The notes below the pieces were generated by a model. That model searched no databases and was not told the DNA's origin. It was given only the letters and a program-made list of their open reading frames with translations. This document shows positions 35,134 through 44,684 of a stretch of DNA of 64,000 nucleotides, piece after piece. Position 1 is the first letter of the stretch. The number at the start of each line of letters is the position of its first letter. The position numbers were made by a program, and so were the translations under genes. Source of the DNA: Syntrophales bacterium. Lineage in GTDB: Bacteria > Desulfobacterota > Syntrophia > Syntrophales > UBA2210. The stretch is taken from NCBI GenBank assembly GCA_963662405.2, contig CAXXKT010000001.1, positions 2,592,001-2,656,000 on the forward strand, in the 5' to 3' direction.

Positions 35134-37146
35134 TTATGAATGGGGGTACAGGCTCTCGATCTCATCTCGGAAATTTTCCAAAACAACTCTGCGTTTGAGC
35201 TTTAATGTCGGGTTCAATTCACCGGATTCAATGCTGAACGGTCTTCCCAGTATTTTATAGTACTGGATCTGTTCATGGTGAGGCAGGGTTGCGTTGACCT
35301 CATCCACCTGTTTTTTGATCAATGACACAACCGGTTCCTGTGCGACCATCTTTTCATCGGGGCATGCCGCAATGCCGTTATCTTTCAAAAACCGGCGTAC
35401 CGCCTGAAAATCGGGAACGATCAGCGCCGATATATATTTCCTCGCGTCGCCGATGAGACAGGCCTGGTCTATATATGGTTTGGCCGTCACTGCCAGTTCA
35501 ATCGGATGCGGGGCGATATTTTTTCCGCCGGAGGTGACAAAGATTTCCTTTTTCCGGTCGGTTATCATAAGGAATCCTTCCTCATCAAAGCTGCCGATAT
35601 CGCCGGTCTGAAACCACCCGTCTTCGGTGAAGGTCTCGGCAGTTGCCTTGGGCAAATTCCAGTATCCCTGGAAGACCTGGGGGCCCTTGACCAGAATTTC
35701 ACCATCTTCCGCAATTGTTTCTTCCGTCCAGATGACCGGTTTGCCCACGGTGCCAGGCTTGATCTGCAGTTTGTGAGCAACCGTATTATACGCCAGGGCC
35801 AGGGCGAGGACACGGATCGGGCTGGTATAGGGCGATAATCCCCTCGCCTGCTTGGTGACCATCAGATCCACCGTTAAATCGATCATCTTGTTTTTAAACC
35901 ACCCGATCTTACCGACATCGAACCCGCTGGAGAATTCCGGTTCATTGAAGTTGATAACCGGTGCTGTTTCGGTCAGGCCATATCCTTCATTGAGTTGAAT
36001 ACCCAGTGCGCGAATAAAGACACACACATCTTTGGAGAGTTTTCCTCCTCCCGATATTCCCAACACTACACGATCAAGACCGGCCACCTTTCTGATTTTA
36101 TTGAAGACCACCATGTTGGCCAGGGCGAATTGGATTAAATCGAACTGTCCCATCCGCGTGGCGGTCGCCATAGCGTCGGCGTACTTTTCACCAATCCTCA
36201 TCGCCCATGAGAACATGGCTTGAGCGACCTTGTTCTGCCGGGAAATGACGAACCGGGTGGAGTCATATATCTTTTCCCATAACCGGGGGATACTGACAAT
36301 GACATTAGGCCGTACTTCCAGCAGATTTTCCGGTATTCTTTTGAAATCTTCGGCAAAGACGAGGATGCTGCCCTGCCGAAGCGCACCCACATGGTAATCA
36401 CTCGTCCTGCCGAACACATGGCACAGAGGCAGGTGAACGAGGTGCACCATGTGAAGCCCCAGCTCCCGCTGTCGACGAATAAGCGTGGAATTCGAGGACT
36501 GATGCAAGTTGGACACCCAGTTCTTCTGGGTCAGTACGGCACCTTTCGGCTTTCCCGTGGTTCCTGATGTATATATGATGGAAGCGACATCTTCCGGGGC
36601 AACAGCCTGTATCCGCCTCTCCACTTCCCCTTCACTGATTTTTTCTTTCCCCAGGACCATAACATCATCAAAGGTGTAGGCACCTTCAGGTCTGGGGCCA
36701 TCCCAACTACACATGGAGATGACTGCCTCTATCGGAATTCCCTGCGTCCGTGCCTTGAGGGTCATTTCCCCCTTGTCCCGAGTGGAAACGATGACAACCC
36801 TGGCTCCGCTGTCTGCGGTCATATATTCCAATTCTTCCACTGTTGACGAAGGGTACAGGGGAACACCTATCGCACCGCAGGCCTGAATAGCCTGATCGGC
36901 AATGATCCATCTTGGCCTGCTTTCCGAAAAGATGACCACACGATCGCCTGTGCTTACTCCAAGAGAAATCAGTCCACGAGCAAAGGCGATGGCCTCCTCA
37001 CGGGTTTTTTTCCAGCTACGTGAATACCATACACCACCAGGGTCGCCATTCCGATCGAACTTGCCGCGGAGCAGCTCGACTCGATCCCCATAGCAAAGTG
37101 CCTGATTGTGAAAAATCCCGCATATTGGATCCGTCCTGTACATCAT
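35134..37146 (-). CDS. Long-chain fatty acid-CoA ligase (AMP-binding)
   Basis: IIYTSGTTGKPKG, LPLCH, GYGLTET, GWFQTGDIG, ITDRKK, GGKNIAP. Confidence 0.92.
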   Translation of the reverse strand: MMYRTDPICGIFHNQALCYGDRVELLRGKFDRNGDPGGVWYSRSWKKTREEAIAFARGLISLGVSTGDRVVIFSESRPRWIIADQAIQACGAIGVPLYPSSTVEELEYMTADSGARVVIVSTRDKGEMTLKARTQGIPIEAVISMCSWDGPRPEGAYTFDDVMVLGKEKISEGEVERRIQAVAPEDVASIIYTSGTTGKPKGAVLTQKNWVSNLHQSSNSTLIRRQRELGLHMVHLVHLPLCHVFGRTSDYHVGALRQGSILVFAEDFKRIPENLLEVRPNVIVSIPRLWEKIYDSTRFVISRQNKVAQAMFSWAMRIGEKYADAMATATRMGQFDLIQFALANMVVFNKIRKVAGLDRVVLGISGGGKLSKDVCVFIRALGIQLNEGYGLTETAPVINFNEPEFSSGFDVGKIGWFKNKMIDLTVDLMVTKQARGLSPYTSPIRVLALALAYNTVAHKLQIKPGTVGKPVIWTEETIAEDGEILVKGPQVFQGYWNLPKATAETFTEDGWFQTGDIGSFDEEGFLMITDRKKEIFVTSGGKNIAPHPIELAVTAKPYIDQACLIGDARKYISALIVPDFQAVRRFLKDNGIAACPDEKMVAQEPVVSLIKKQVDEVNATLPHHEQIQYYKILGRPFSIESGELNPTLKLKRRVVLENFRDEIESLYPHS

Positions 37147-37380
37147 GTCCTCAGTCTTTCTGCCTTGATTATTTGTGATCTCTTTTCATTTCGTTAAATC
37201 CATGTCCCCTCATGAATGTGTAATCGCAGGTTTCACGGGTCACGTTCAATGGAGTCTTTACTACCGACGAACAGCGCTCGGCCATTACTTTCGCTCCTGC
37301 CTCCTTGGCCTGGATCGCAATTTCATATGGCTGATATCAGGGATAAGAAAGTCCTCTGCAGTGATTCTCTCCTGAAGCAG

Positions 37381-37448
37381 ACCCCAGCTCAGAGATACCG
37401 TACGCCCTTCGAAGGCAGGGACGGTCCCCCTGAGCTGATTCGGGGGGT
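37381..37448 (+). repeat. Long hairpin, probable decayed attC
   Basis: CAGCTCAG..ACCGT...ACGGT..CTGAGCTG stem; 3' end CCCTGAGCTGATTCG resembles an attC L'-spacer, but AAC/GTT cores are lost. Confidence 0.3.
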
Positions 37449-37809
37449 ATGGAAGGCATTGCGCTCAACCTACTCTAAAAGATTCATCAGTGTTTTATAA
37501 AAACTATACTTTGTGTTTTTCCTATATGAGACATGGAATAGTGTCAAGAATATATGGCCTGAGCAGATATCGTGCCGTACGTTATTTCCTGACACGGGAA
37601 AAGGCTTCTCTCCGTTCTATCTGGATAGACAGGCTCCGCGGCATCCGATCGCCGACCCCTGCAAAATACCTCCATCGTCTGTTTCCGGTTCCGTAGACTT
37701 TTTGTAAAACGTGTCTATCGGTCGTCGCTGTCTCTGTGCGGTCAGGCAAAAGATGCCGTCATAGTATCTTCCTGATCAACTATGAGGAGCGTAAGATTGA
37801 ATCGATATA

Positions 37810-37845
37810 GAAAAACCCCCGTCTTTTGGGCGGGGGCTTTTTTCT
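37810..37845 (-). terminator. Intrinsic terminator after the two small membrane genes
   Basis: GC-rich imperfect hairpin flanked by A and T runs. Confidence 0.6.
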
Positions 37846-37864
37846 GGATATTATGGTGTATTCG

Positions 37865-38125
37865 TTACCATCGTTCCTTCTTCTGCCGTTCCATGTTGAG
37901 CTTTGCTTCTCCGTAGAGCCTCCAGATGCACAGGCCGACGGCGAGGAAGAAGAGACCGAACATGAAACTGGGTTCGGTATTGAACCGGGTGTCGATCCAC
38001 CGGCCTGCATAGAGGAACAGAAACGAGGAAGCGACGATCACGAACCCCCATACGCTGATCTGCAATATCTGAGTCAGGTTCGATCTCCAGTTTATCGAGT
38101 GATGGTGGTGATGTGTAGTGATCAT
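37865..38125 (-). CDS. AtpZ/AtpI-like small membrane protein with N-terminal His run
   Basis: Two TM segments around G.WID..F.T.P.F motif; HHHHH at N-terminus; RBS AGGAGG. Confidence 0.65.
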   Translation of the reverse strand: MITTHHHHHSINWRSNLTQILQISVWGFVIVASSFLFLYAGRWIDTRFNTEPSFMFGLFFLAVGLCIWRLYGEAKLNMERQKKERW

Positions 38126-38163
38126 TGTTCGAGTCCTCCTTTCGTAGGGTGTTTACCGTTTCA

Positions 38164-38439
38164 TTAGCTCACGAGGTTTTTGAGCGCGCCCACGACCGGA
38201 GCCGTGAAGAGAGCCACCAGGACGGCGTAGAGTGCGAAAGAGCCGACCGCCTCGCTGAGGTACAGTTTTGAGTACTTGTGTTTCAGAGAGGTGATGATCA
38301 AGCCGCCGACGATGAGGCATCCGAGATGGAAGTAAGGGAAGTTGGCCGCGTTGGTTGCGGTATACTCGGCAAACCCGAAAGAGGCGGTGACGAGCACCAC
38401 GAAAGCCGCCATGATGATTGTCTGTACTGTCCGTTTCAT
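38164..38439 (-). CDS. Small membrane protein
   Basis: Strong RBS AGGAGG; signal-like N-terminus plus two TM segments. Confidence 0.7.
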   Translation of the reverse strand: MKRTVQTIIMAAFVVLVTASFGFAEYTATNAANFPYFHLGCLIVGGLIITSLKHKYSKLYLSEAVGSFALYAVLVALFTAPVVGALKNLVS

Positions 38440-38494
38440 GAGTATATCCTCCTTTTTATGTTTCCTTGTTTTCTTTCTTTTGACTTTATACTAA

Positions 38495-38510
38495 TGAAAG
38501 AAGCGTGCCA
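38495..38510 (-). promoter_or_regulatory. Possible sigma54 promoter
   Basis: TGGCAC-N5-TTTCA on the minus strand (one mismatch at -12) ~55 nt upstream of the 38439 start. Confidence 0.35.
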
Positions 38511-38713
38511 TTTCGCTGACTGGCGGTCAGAATATTTGTAACATATTGAATATGAGAAGGTTGTTGAGGAGAGCGGACTGGCGGAGGGGCACACAACCAT
38601 GCCCGAACAGCGTGCCTGATTAAATGAAACATCAAACCGGGTTGAATGAAATGTTAGAAAAAGAGGGGAATAATAATATCACCGTTTGGACATGAGCCGG
38701 CCGAGGAAACCAT

Positions 38714-38804
38714 ACCGAACCAAGCGCTTCCCGGGACGCTAAATATGTCGGCGGCCTGACTGGCATGTTGCCTGATAGCGGCGCAAATAATCGTATCGTT
38801 AAGT
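38714..38804 (+). other. Degenerate integron attC site
   Basis: ACCGAAC-CAAGC-GCTTCCCGGGACGC...imperfect hairpin...GTTAAGT. Confidence 0.45.
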
Positions 38805-39140
38805 ATTACTGAAAGCAATCTCATAATATTGCTTCAATCGTAATTCTATCAATTACAGGAAGAATGGCGCAGCAAAACATCTGTGCCGCCCCTCTTGCAG
38901 TACAAGTCTCACCTTTTACCAATCCTTAAGGCAGTCTCAGGGGAAAATAACCAATTACCATTTGAAAGTCTCGACGAAAAACTTCTTGACATGACACTGC
39001 CATAGAGTTACGTGGTACAACATGTTTCATTGAAATACCTGTATTATATCTGTTTGTGAATGGCTATAACCAGGAGATGAATATGGTCTGATTATCAAAG
39101 CCCTGTGTCTAATATACAAGAGATGGGGCTTTTGTTTTTT
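38798..39140 (+). repeat. Dispersed non-coding module, copy 1 (promoter + minigene + terminator)
   Basis: TTGACA 38986, TA after 17 nt, GGAG..ATGGTCTGA 39083-39091, hairpin plus T-tract 39097-39140; homologous to copies near 42.1-43.8, 50.4 and 52.2 kb. Confidence 0.8.
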
Positions 39141-39241
39141 CCCGCGCGTTTTAATTAATGACACGATTATCAAATCGAAAGCCAATTTTATAATTTATAC
39201 TTCAATCTTTTGGTATTTATTAAAACCATAACAATACCGCG

Positions 39242-39970
39242 ATGTGTGCTGATAAACCCCAAAAACCAATTGCTAAATATGGCAACCATATTACAATTGT
39301 GACTAACAAAAATGGAACATCGTACATTGCCAATATTGAGGCAGAGTATAGGTCCGCACACCAATTAATAAACGCAGCCCGAGTCATGGTTAACTCAGCA
39401 AATGCAATAGATGATGACACTCAGAGCCACTACCAACTGATGGCATACATATACGGGGCAATTATTTTGTCCTATACATCACTCGAAGCCACCCTAAATG
39501 AAATCCTTCACTTGGAGGCACTAAAACCAAACAGCCCGCTTAGTGAAGCAGAAAGAAAAGTATTCTACACCATTGTGAATGAGGGACTGGAAGCTCGTGG
39601 CAGAACCAATACATTGGAGCGATATAATTTGTTGCTGCGCATAATGAACAAGCAGGAAATGGAGGAAGACAGTGCTCCCTATCAGGCAGCAAATCTCGTT
39701 CGCCTTTTACGAAATAAGCTGATTCATCCAATACCCGGGAGAGTGGTAACATTAAGTGAAACAAATGACTTCGATTACTCGACACAGCAAGATATAGTCA
39801 AAAAACTAAGAAGCCATCTCAAGCTTGGCGAAGAGGCTACGTTCCCCTCTGACGTGCTCACAAGGGTTTGTGCCTCATGGGCCGTTAATTCTTGCGAAGC
39901 TTTTCTGCATAAGTTTGTTGTTTCATCAGGGATAAATCCGGGGTTCCACACAGGGCCGAAACGAAAATGA
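39242..39970 (+). CDS. HEPN-like domain protein
   Basis: Helical protein with LEATLNE and RNKLIH (Rx4H) motifs. Confidence 0.55.
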   Translation: MCADKPQKPIAKYGNHITIVTNKNGTSYIANIEAEYRSAHQLINAARVMVNSANAIDDDTQSHYQLMAYIYGAIILSYTSLEATLNEILHLEALKPNSPLSEAERKVFYTIVNEGLEARGRTNTLERYNLLLRIMNKQEMEEDSAPYQAANLVRLLRNKLIHPIPGRVVTLSETNDFDYSTQQDIVKKLRSHLKLGEEATFPSDVLTRVCASWAVNSCEAFLHKFVVSSGINPGFHTGPKRK

Positions 39971-40040
39971 AAAACTACATAAAGTACCACTCTACCCGAT
40001 TGTTATAAGGCCTTGTCGTTTTGCATTATTGAGGAAGTTT

Positions 40041-40742
40041 ATGTCGTTAATAGTAGCTATGCACCTAGGTAATTTTGCTGTAATCGCCGCAGACAGACGC
40101 GTGGTGTCTCAATACGGCAATTCACTGGTGGTAGATCATGACAATGCCGAAAAGATAGTCTATGCGGGTATGGGATTTGTTAGTGGAAGCGGGATAATTG
40201 AGTTGCTTGATTCCGTAATAGAAGCTTTTCTGAATACCAAAATCACCCATACCGACCAAATACTCCAGATCATCACCGAAGAGAGGAAAAAATTCCTATC
40301 CAGACACTTTGCTAACCAAGAATGGGCAAAGCAACAAATACAAAAAACCGGATGGATGTTTACGTACCCAACCGTAATCGATGATCATGCCACTGTCCGC
40401 ATTGCGATGCTCCACGGGTCGTGGGATAGTGACGATCTTGGGTTGCTGTGCAAAGGAATGGCCAAAGTGTTCGCACCAGTTGACGGAACTGGCGAAGAGG
40501 CCCAACGGCTTTCAGACATACTTACTAAGCATCTGAAGACCACAGATGAACTTCCTGACCTTTCTGAAAGTATTTCTTACCATATCCCGTTTCTTCAAAC
40601 ACTGTTCAATCTTGCGTCGGAGAGTTACGACAGTGTGTCCAAGAGTTTCCATATAGCTGTTCATACAAACGATGGACGAATGCTTATTTCTAGTAAGATT
40701 TCTACCAGCTCGGGTAACGTAACATTTGAAGCCAAACCATAG
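40041..40742 (+). CDS. Ntn-hydrolase / proteasome-beta-like protein
   Basis: N-terminus M-SLIVA...IAADRR...EKI...GFVSG follows the HslV/proteasome beta pattern; RBS GAGGA. Confidence 0.5.
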   Translation: MSLIVAMHLGNFAVIAADRRVVSQYGNSLVVDHDNAEKIVYAGMGFVSGSGIIELLDSVIEAFLNTKITHTDQILQIITEERKKFLSRHFANQEWAKQQIQKTGWMFTYPTVIDDHATVRIAMLHGSWDSDDLGLLCKGMAKVFAPVDGTGEEAQRLSDILTKHLKTTDELPDLSESISYHIPFLQTLFNLASESYDSVSKSFHIAVHTNDGRMLISSKISTSSGNVTFEAKP

Positions 40743-40826
40743 CACATAAGAGTGAATCGTCCCTAAAAAGTCGGTAGAATAGGATCCCAGGGCTTTAGAA
40801 AGAGTTGCACTAGTACCATGTAACGT

Positions 40827-41447
40827 TTATAGCTTCGGATAAAGGCGCTTCAACTTAATGCGAGCATCAGGAGTAGTAAATTGCCATACAATGTTTTTCG
40901 CGCTGTTGTTTCGATCTTTTTCCCATGCGGCCACTTCGGTTCGCATGGTCGTTATGTCGGGAATCCGGCGATTAAGGCATTGTCCTTTCAGGGCGCTGAG
41001 CTCGATCTCTGCCATATTCAGCCAGCTTCCGTGTTTAGGCGTATAATGGATATCGAGTCGTTCCGCTAAACGCCTGGCTTCCCCGGGTTTGAATGTTTCG
41101 TAGAGTGAGGCGATTGTATGGGTGTTCAGGTTGTCCATGACCAGACGAACCTTGAGGGCGCTGGGATAGCGTTCATCAAGCATCTGCCTGGTCTGCATCG
41201 CCCAATCCTTTCTTGTTCGATGTTCCGTGATCGCCACATGTCTTCTGCCAGCAAGGGGCTCAACTTCCATAAATATTTCCACTACCCCGTTTCTGACATA
41301 CTCGTCGTCTGTTCGCATCGGCCTTCCCGGTGCGCATGGCATCGGCTCTCGAACTTCACCTATCAGTTGCTTGCAGGATTCATCCATGCAGACAACCGGA
41401 TAGTCGGGATCATAGGGCAGATGATATATCTCCAAAACATCTTCCAT
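40827..41447 (-). CDS. IS630 transposase DDE part (reached by frameshift)
   Basis: CMDE, VMDNLNTH, TPKHGSWLNMAE. Confidence 0.92.
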   Translation of the reverse strand: MEDVLEIYHLPYDPDYPVVCMDESCKQLIGEVREPMPCAPGRPMRTDDEYVRNGVVEIFMEVEPLAGRRHVAITEHRTRKDWAMQTRQMLDERYPSALKVRLVMDNLNTHTIASLYETFKPGEARRLAERLDIHYTPKHGSWLNMAEIELSALKGQCLNRRIPDITTMRTEVAAWEKDRNNSAKNIVWQFTTPDARIKLKRLYPKL

Positions 41448-41452
41448 GCATG

Positions 41453-41959
41453 CTACAAAGGCCGCGCTCCCTTCGGGAGGGATTTTCCAGTATTTGCTGA
41501 TGTGAGGCTTAAGTTCGTTTTTTTTAAAATCCGCTGTACGGTCATGTGTGATACGGAATCGGCAATGCCAAGCTCGACAGCTTTGTCGGCAAGCAATCTG
41601 ACCGTCCAGCGACGATGTCCTTCGGGAGTGTCTGAACAGGCCAATGCGACTAATCGTGCCTCAAATGCACCGTCAAAAATGATGTCTCTCGGAGGCTTTT
41701 CCCGTGCCTTGCGTTCGAGAGCTGCTTCAAGCCCCTCTTCAACAAAGCGCTTTTTGAGATGTTCGATCGAACGGCTCGACACCCCAAGCGCCTCTGCAAC
41801 ATCGGACACGTTCCATGCCGGACCGTCAGAGCCGGCATCGCACAAAAGTAATGCGCGGGCATGGATGAATTTTCGGGCATGGGTCTTTCCTCTATGGGTC
41901 ATTGCCTCAAGCTCTTTGCGTTCTTCTTTGGTAAGGGTTACTCGATATCTTGGCGACAT
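41453..41959 (-). CDS. IS630 transposase HTH part
   Basis: RARALL-like motif, RWTVRLLA, ends near ILKK at the slippery site. Confidence 0.9.
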   Translation of the reverse strand: MSPRYRVTLTKEERKELEAMTHRGKTHARKFIHARALLLCDAGSDGPAWNVSDVAEALGVSSRSIEHLKKRFVEEGLEAALERKAREKPPRDIIFDGAFEARLVALACSDTPEGHRRWTVRLLADKAVELGIADSVSHMTVQRILKKTNLSLTSANTGKSLPKGARPL

Positions 41960-42257
41960 GGCAACCTCCTCTGTTGGTTTGCCGCCAGTCTATCATACCT
42001 TTTATAAATACGAAACATATTATGTTACATGGTACTAGATCACACATACGAAAATAGGATCAAGTATACAAGTTTACTTTGTTCTGATTACCAAAAAAAC
42101 GAACAATAAATCAACTTTAACTGACTCCCTCGATTACAGGAGAATCCCGTGAGAAAAACTATACCGGATATAGCCTTGCCTAGAGCTGGTCGGGCAAATT
42201 TGGACAGGTGCATAAGTGGGAAAGTTGCTCTATAGTGGACGTAAGGAGGAAAGAGAT

Positions 42258-42560
42258 ATGAGCAAGAGACCGCGGAGGAACCATGCACCGTCCTTCAAGG
42301 CGAAGGTGGCATTGGAGGCACTGAAAGGGGACCAGACGATCGTTGAGCTTGCCGAGCGGTATCAGGTACACCCGAACCAGATCACCACATGGAAGAAGCA
42401 GTTGATGGATCACGCATCGGACGTATTTGGCAAGGGTCATAAGGACAACCAGGGTCCGGATGTAAAAGAACTTCACGCCAAGATCGGACAGTTATCGATG
42501 GAGAATGATTTTTTATCACATGCGCTCGGTCGCATCAACGGAACGAGCGCAAAGCGATGA
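42258..42560 (+). CDS. IS3 transposase OrfA
   Basis: FKAKVALEA, VHPNQI..WKKQL, ENDFL. Confidence 0.92.
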   Translation: MSKRPRRNHAPSFKAKVALEALKGDQTIVELAERYQVHPNQITTWKKQLMDHASDVFGKGHKDNQGPDVKELHAKIGQLSMENDFLSHALGRINGTSAKR

Positions 42561-43387
42561 TCAAGAGAGAAAAGAGTGTGCCCATAACCCGTCAATGCGA
42601 ACTCTTGGAGCTGTCCCGATCGAGTGTTTATTACTCTCCGGTTCCGGTCAGCGCGAAGGATCTGGAGCTGATGCGTCAGATTGATGAGATTCATCTTCAG
42701 TATCCCTTCTATGGGAGTCGGAAGATTCGCAATGAGCTGTGGCAGAGAGGGTATGATATCGGACGTGATAAGGTACGTCGGTTGATGCGTCGCATGGGGA
42801 TCGAGGCGTTGTACATCAAGCCGAGATTATCGATAAAGCATCCCCAGCACCCGATATATCCGTATCTGTTACGGGGACTTGATATCATCCGTCCCAACCA
42901 CGTATGGTCTGCCGATATCACGTATATTCCCATGGAACGAGGGTTCTGTTATCTGGTAGCCGTTATGGACTGGGCGAGTCGGATGGTCCTCTCCTGGCGG
43001 TTGTCGAATACGTTGGACAGTGCGTTTTGTGTGGATGCGCTTGAAGAAGCACTCACCACGTATGGGCGCCCGGCTATCTTCAATACCGATCAGGGCAGTC
43101 AGTTTACCTCACAGGCATTCATCGATGTCCTTCGCTCTCATGATATCTCTATCAGCATGGACGGTCAGGGGCGATGGATGGACAATGTCTTCATCGAACG
43201 GCTCTGGAAGAGCGTCAAGTACGAAGATATCTATCTGAAGGCATACGGTTCAATGAAAGAGTTGAAGAAGGGGCTTACCGACTATTTTCAGTTCTACAAC
43301 GAGAAACGGTGGCACAATACTTTTGACAGAAAGACACCGGCTATGGTTTATTTTGAATCACTACCACAGGGACAGGCTGCGGCATGA
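42557..43387 (+). CDS. IS3 transposase OrfB (rve DDE)
   Basis: YGSR, WSADITY, NTDQGSQF, DNVFIERLW. Confidence 0.94.
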   Translation: MIKREKSVPITRQCELLELSRSSVYYSPVPVSAKDLELMRQIDEIHLQYPFYGSRKIRNELWQRGYDIGRDKVRRLMRRMGIEALYIKPRLSIKHPQHPIYPYLLRGLDIIRPNHVWSADITYIPMERGFCYLVAVMDWASRMVLSWRLSNTLDSAFCVDALEEALTTYGRPAIFNTDQGSQFTSQAFIDVLRSHDISISMDGQGRWMDNVFIERLWKSVKYEDIYLKAYGSMKELKKGLTDYFQFYNEKRWHNTFDRKTPAMVYFESLPQGQAAA

Positions 43388-43790
43388 ACACAAACCCAGG
43401 GCAACTTCCCACTTATAAATCCCTGTTACCTGTCCAAAGAAACCGGACCACCTCTCCTGTCCTGTAACAAATCTTGCACCATTCACCTAATCTTTAGGAA
43501 CATTGCTTAAGAGATTCACCAATTACCCATTGAACATCTCATGGCAATTTCTCGTGCCAAAACATACCGGGATGGAGTTGATGATTAATAAACGTTTAAC
43601 ATGTCATATGTGTTTTTAATTACATGCAATGTTCTGTCGAGGGCATGATCATGATACTGATCATTATGACAAAGATGAGGAGAATAATGATGAGAAGGAT
43701 GAAAAAAATAAAAAGATCACCATGCAGTCCTGTCTCTCAGACTAAAAGATGGGGATTTTGTTTTTGTAAACAATTCCAAGAATAGTCTCT

Positions 43791-44684
43791 TTAACTGTTT
43801 CTCTCGTGTTCGGGGTCTGATAAATCACCGGCCAAAGCCTCAACAAATCCTTGTTTTAATTTCTCGAGCTGAATATTTATTGTATCGAAATTACTGTTAA
43901 ATTCCAGCTTCTCTCGGATCATGCTGATAATTAAGTTATTAGGGGGGCGTGTTTCAGCATCTAAGATAGACCGTACAGTCTTTGCCGTTTTTTTATTAAC
44001 AATCGTGGCCATATCTCTGCCGAGTAATCTTATGCTTGCGAGCCGAGTGTCAAAACCTTCTTCTTCCAACAAGTGCAATTCGTTATTGTAAAGCCTGTCA
44101 AAATTTCCTGCTTGTTCGTATTCGTGCATTATAAACAACAAATCATCAGCATCTTTTGCGCGTTCGGGATATTTTTCCTTCCACGAAATAAGTTTCATGA
44201 CTGCTAGACCCGGCAAGGTAGGAACTTTGACATCGAGCTCGGGATCAGAATTTAGCCTGACTATAATTGAATTTTCAAAAGCCTCTTTAAAGCCCATTAT
44301 ACTCATAAATATTTTACGTTCCGGTGGCCAACCAATTCTTTCTTGATCATCGGCAATTGCACCAAATGGAACTATGTCGATAGGAGTACAATCGAAGAGG
44401 TATCTTTGAGGTTCTTTTGTGCGAGAAAACTTACCCGTTGAGATTAACGAGTCAGTCAACTTGTAAAATTGTTCCCAATCAGCAACGTTAATGCCCAAGT
44501 CGATATCTCCCGTCCTTCTGTGGGCACTTATCCCATAACAATGTTTCAATACAATGTCTCTCGCAAATGCGCCGACCACAAAAAAGACAATATTCAAGCT
44601 GTCGGCTTCTGTTTGAATGGCTAGAAGAGCCTCTACCTTTTGCTGATCAATCTTCCCGGATAAATTGAACAATATATTTTTCAT
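43791..44684 (-). CDS. Nucleotidyltransferase toxin, AbiEii-like (type IV TA)
   Basis: VVGAFARD, TGDID, IDIVPFG, KLISW, KDADD. Confidence 0.8.
   Translation of the reverse strand: MKNILFNLSGKIDQQKVEALLAIQTEADSLNIVFFVVGAFARDIVLKHCYGISAHRRTGDIDLGINVADWEQFYKLTDSLISTGKFSRTKEPQRYLFDCTPIDIVPFGAIADDQERIGWPPERKIFMSIMGFKEAFENSIIVRLNSDPELDVKVPTLPGLAVMKLISWKEKYPERAKDADDLLFIMHEYEQAGNFDRLYNNELHLLEEEGFDTRLASIRLLGRDMATIVNKKTAKTVRSILDAETRPPNNLIISMIREKLEFNSNFDTINIQLEKLKQGFVEALAGDLSDPEHERNS

Larger units (their letters stand above)
40813..42035 (-). mobile_element. IS630-family element, intact
   Basis: Terminal IRs GTACCATGTAAC / GTTACATGGTAC; TA duplication within CTAG; two ORFs joined at an A8 slippery run (41518-41525). 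Confidence 0.93.
42182..43455 (+). mobile_element. IS3-family element, intact
   Basis: Imperfect ~27-bp terminal IRs containing TTTGGACAGG / CCTGTCCAAA; 3-bp target duplication CCT; orfA plus orfB. Confidence 0.92.
42081..43767 (+). repeat. Dispersed non-coding module, degenerate copy interrupted by IS3
   Basis: GTT 42081, ATTACAGGAGAAT 42133, CCAATTACC.TTGAA ~43520, -35 mutated, terminator GTCCTGTCTCT..AGATGGGGATTTTGTTTTT. Confidence 0.55.

Noticed and set aside
37381..37448. Group II intron domain V or ncRNA gene
   Set aside because: Lacks the domain V catalytic triad/GNRA layout; no intron ORF nearby.
38703..38785. c-di-GMP-I riboswitch-like words (GGAAAC, GGGACGC, GGCCTGA, GATAGC)
   Set aside because: No GAAA-capped stem; the AAC...GTT boundaries and hairpin fit a degenerate attC better.
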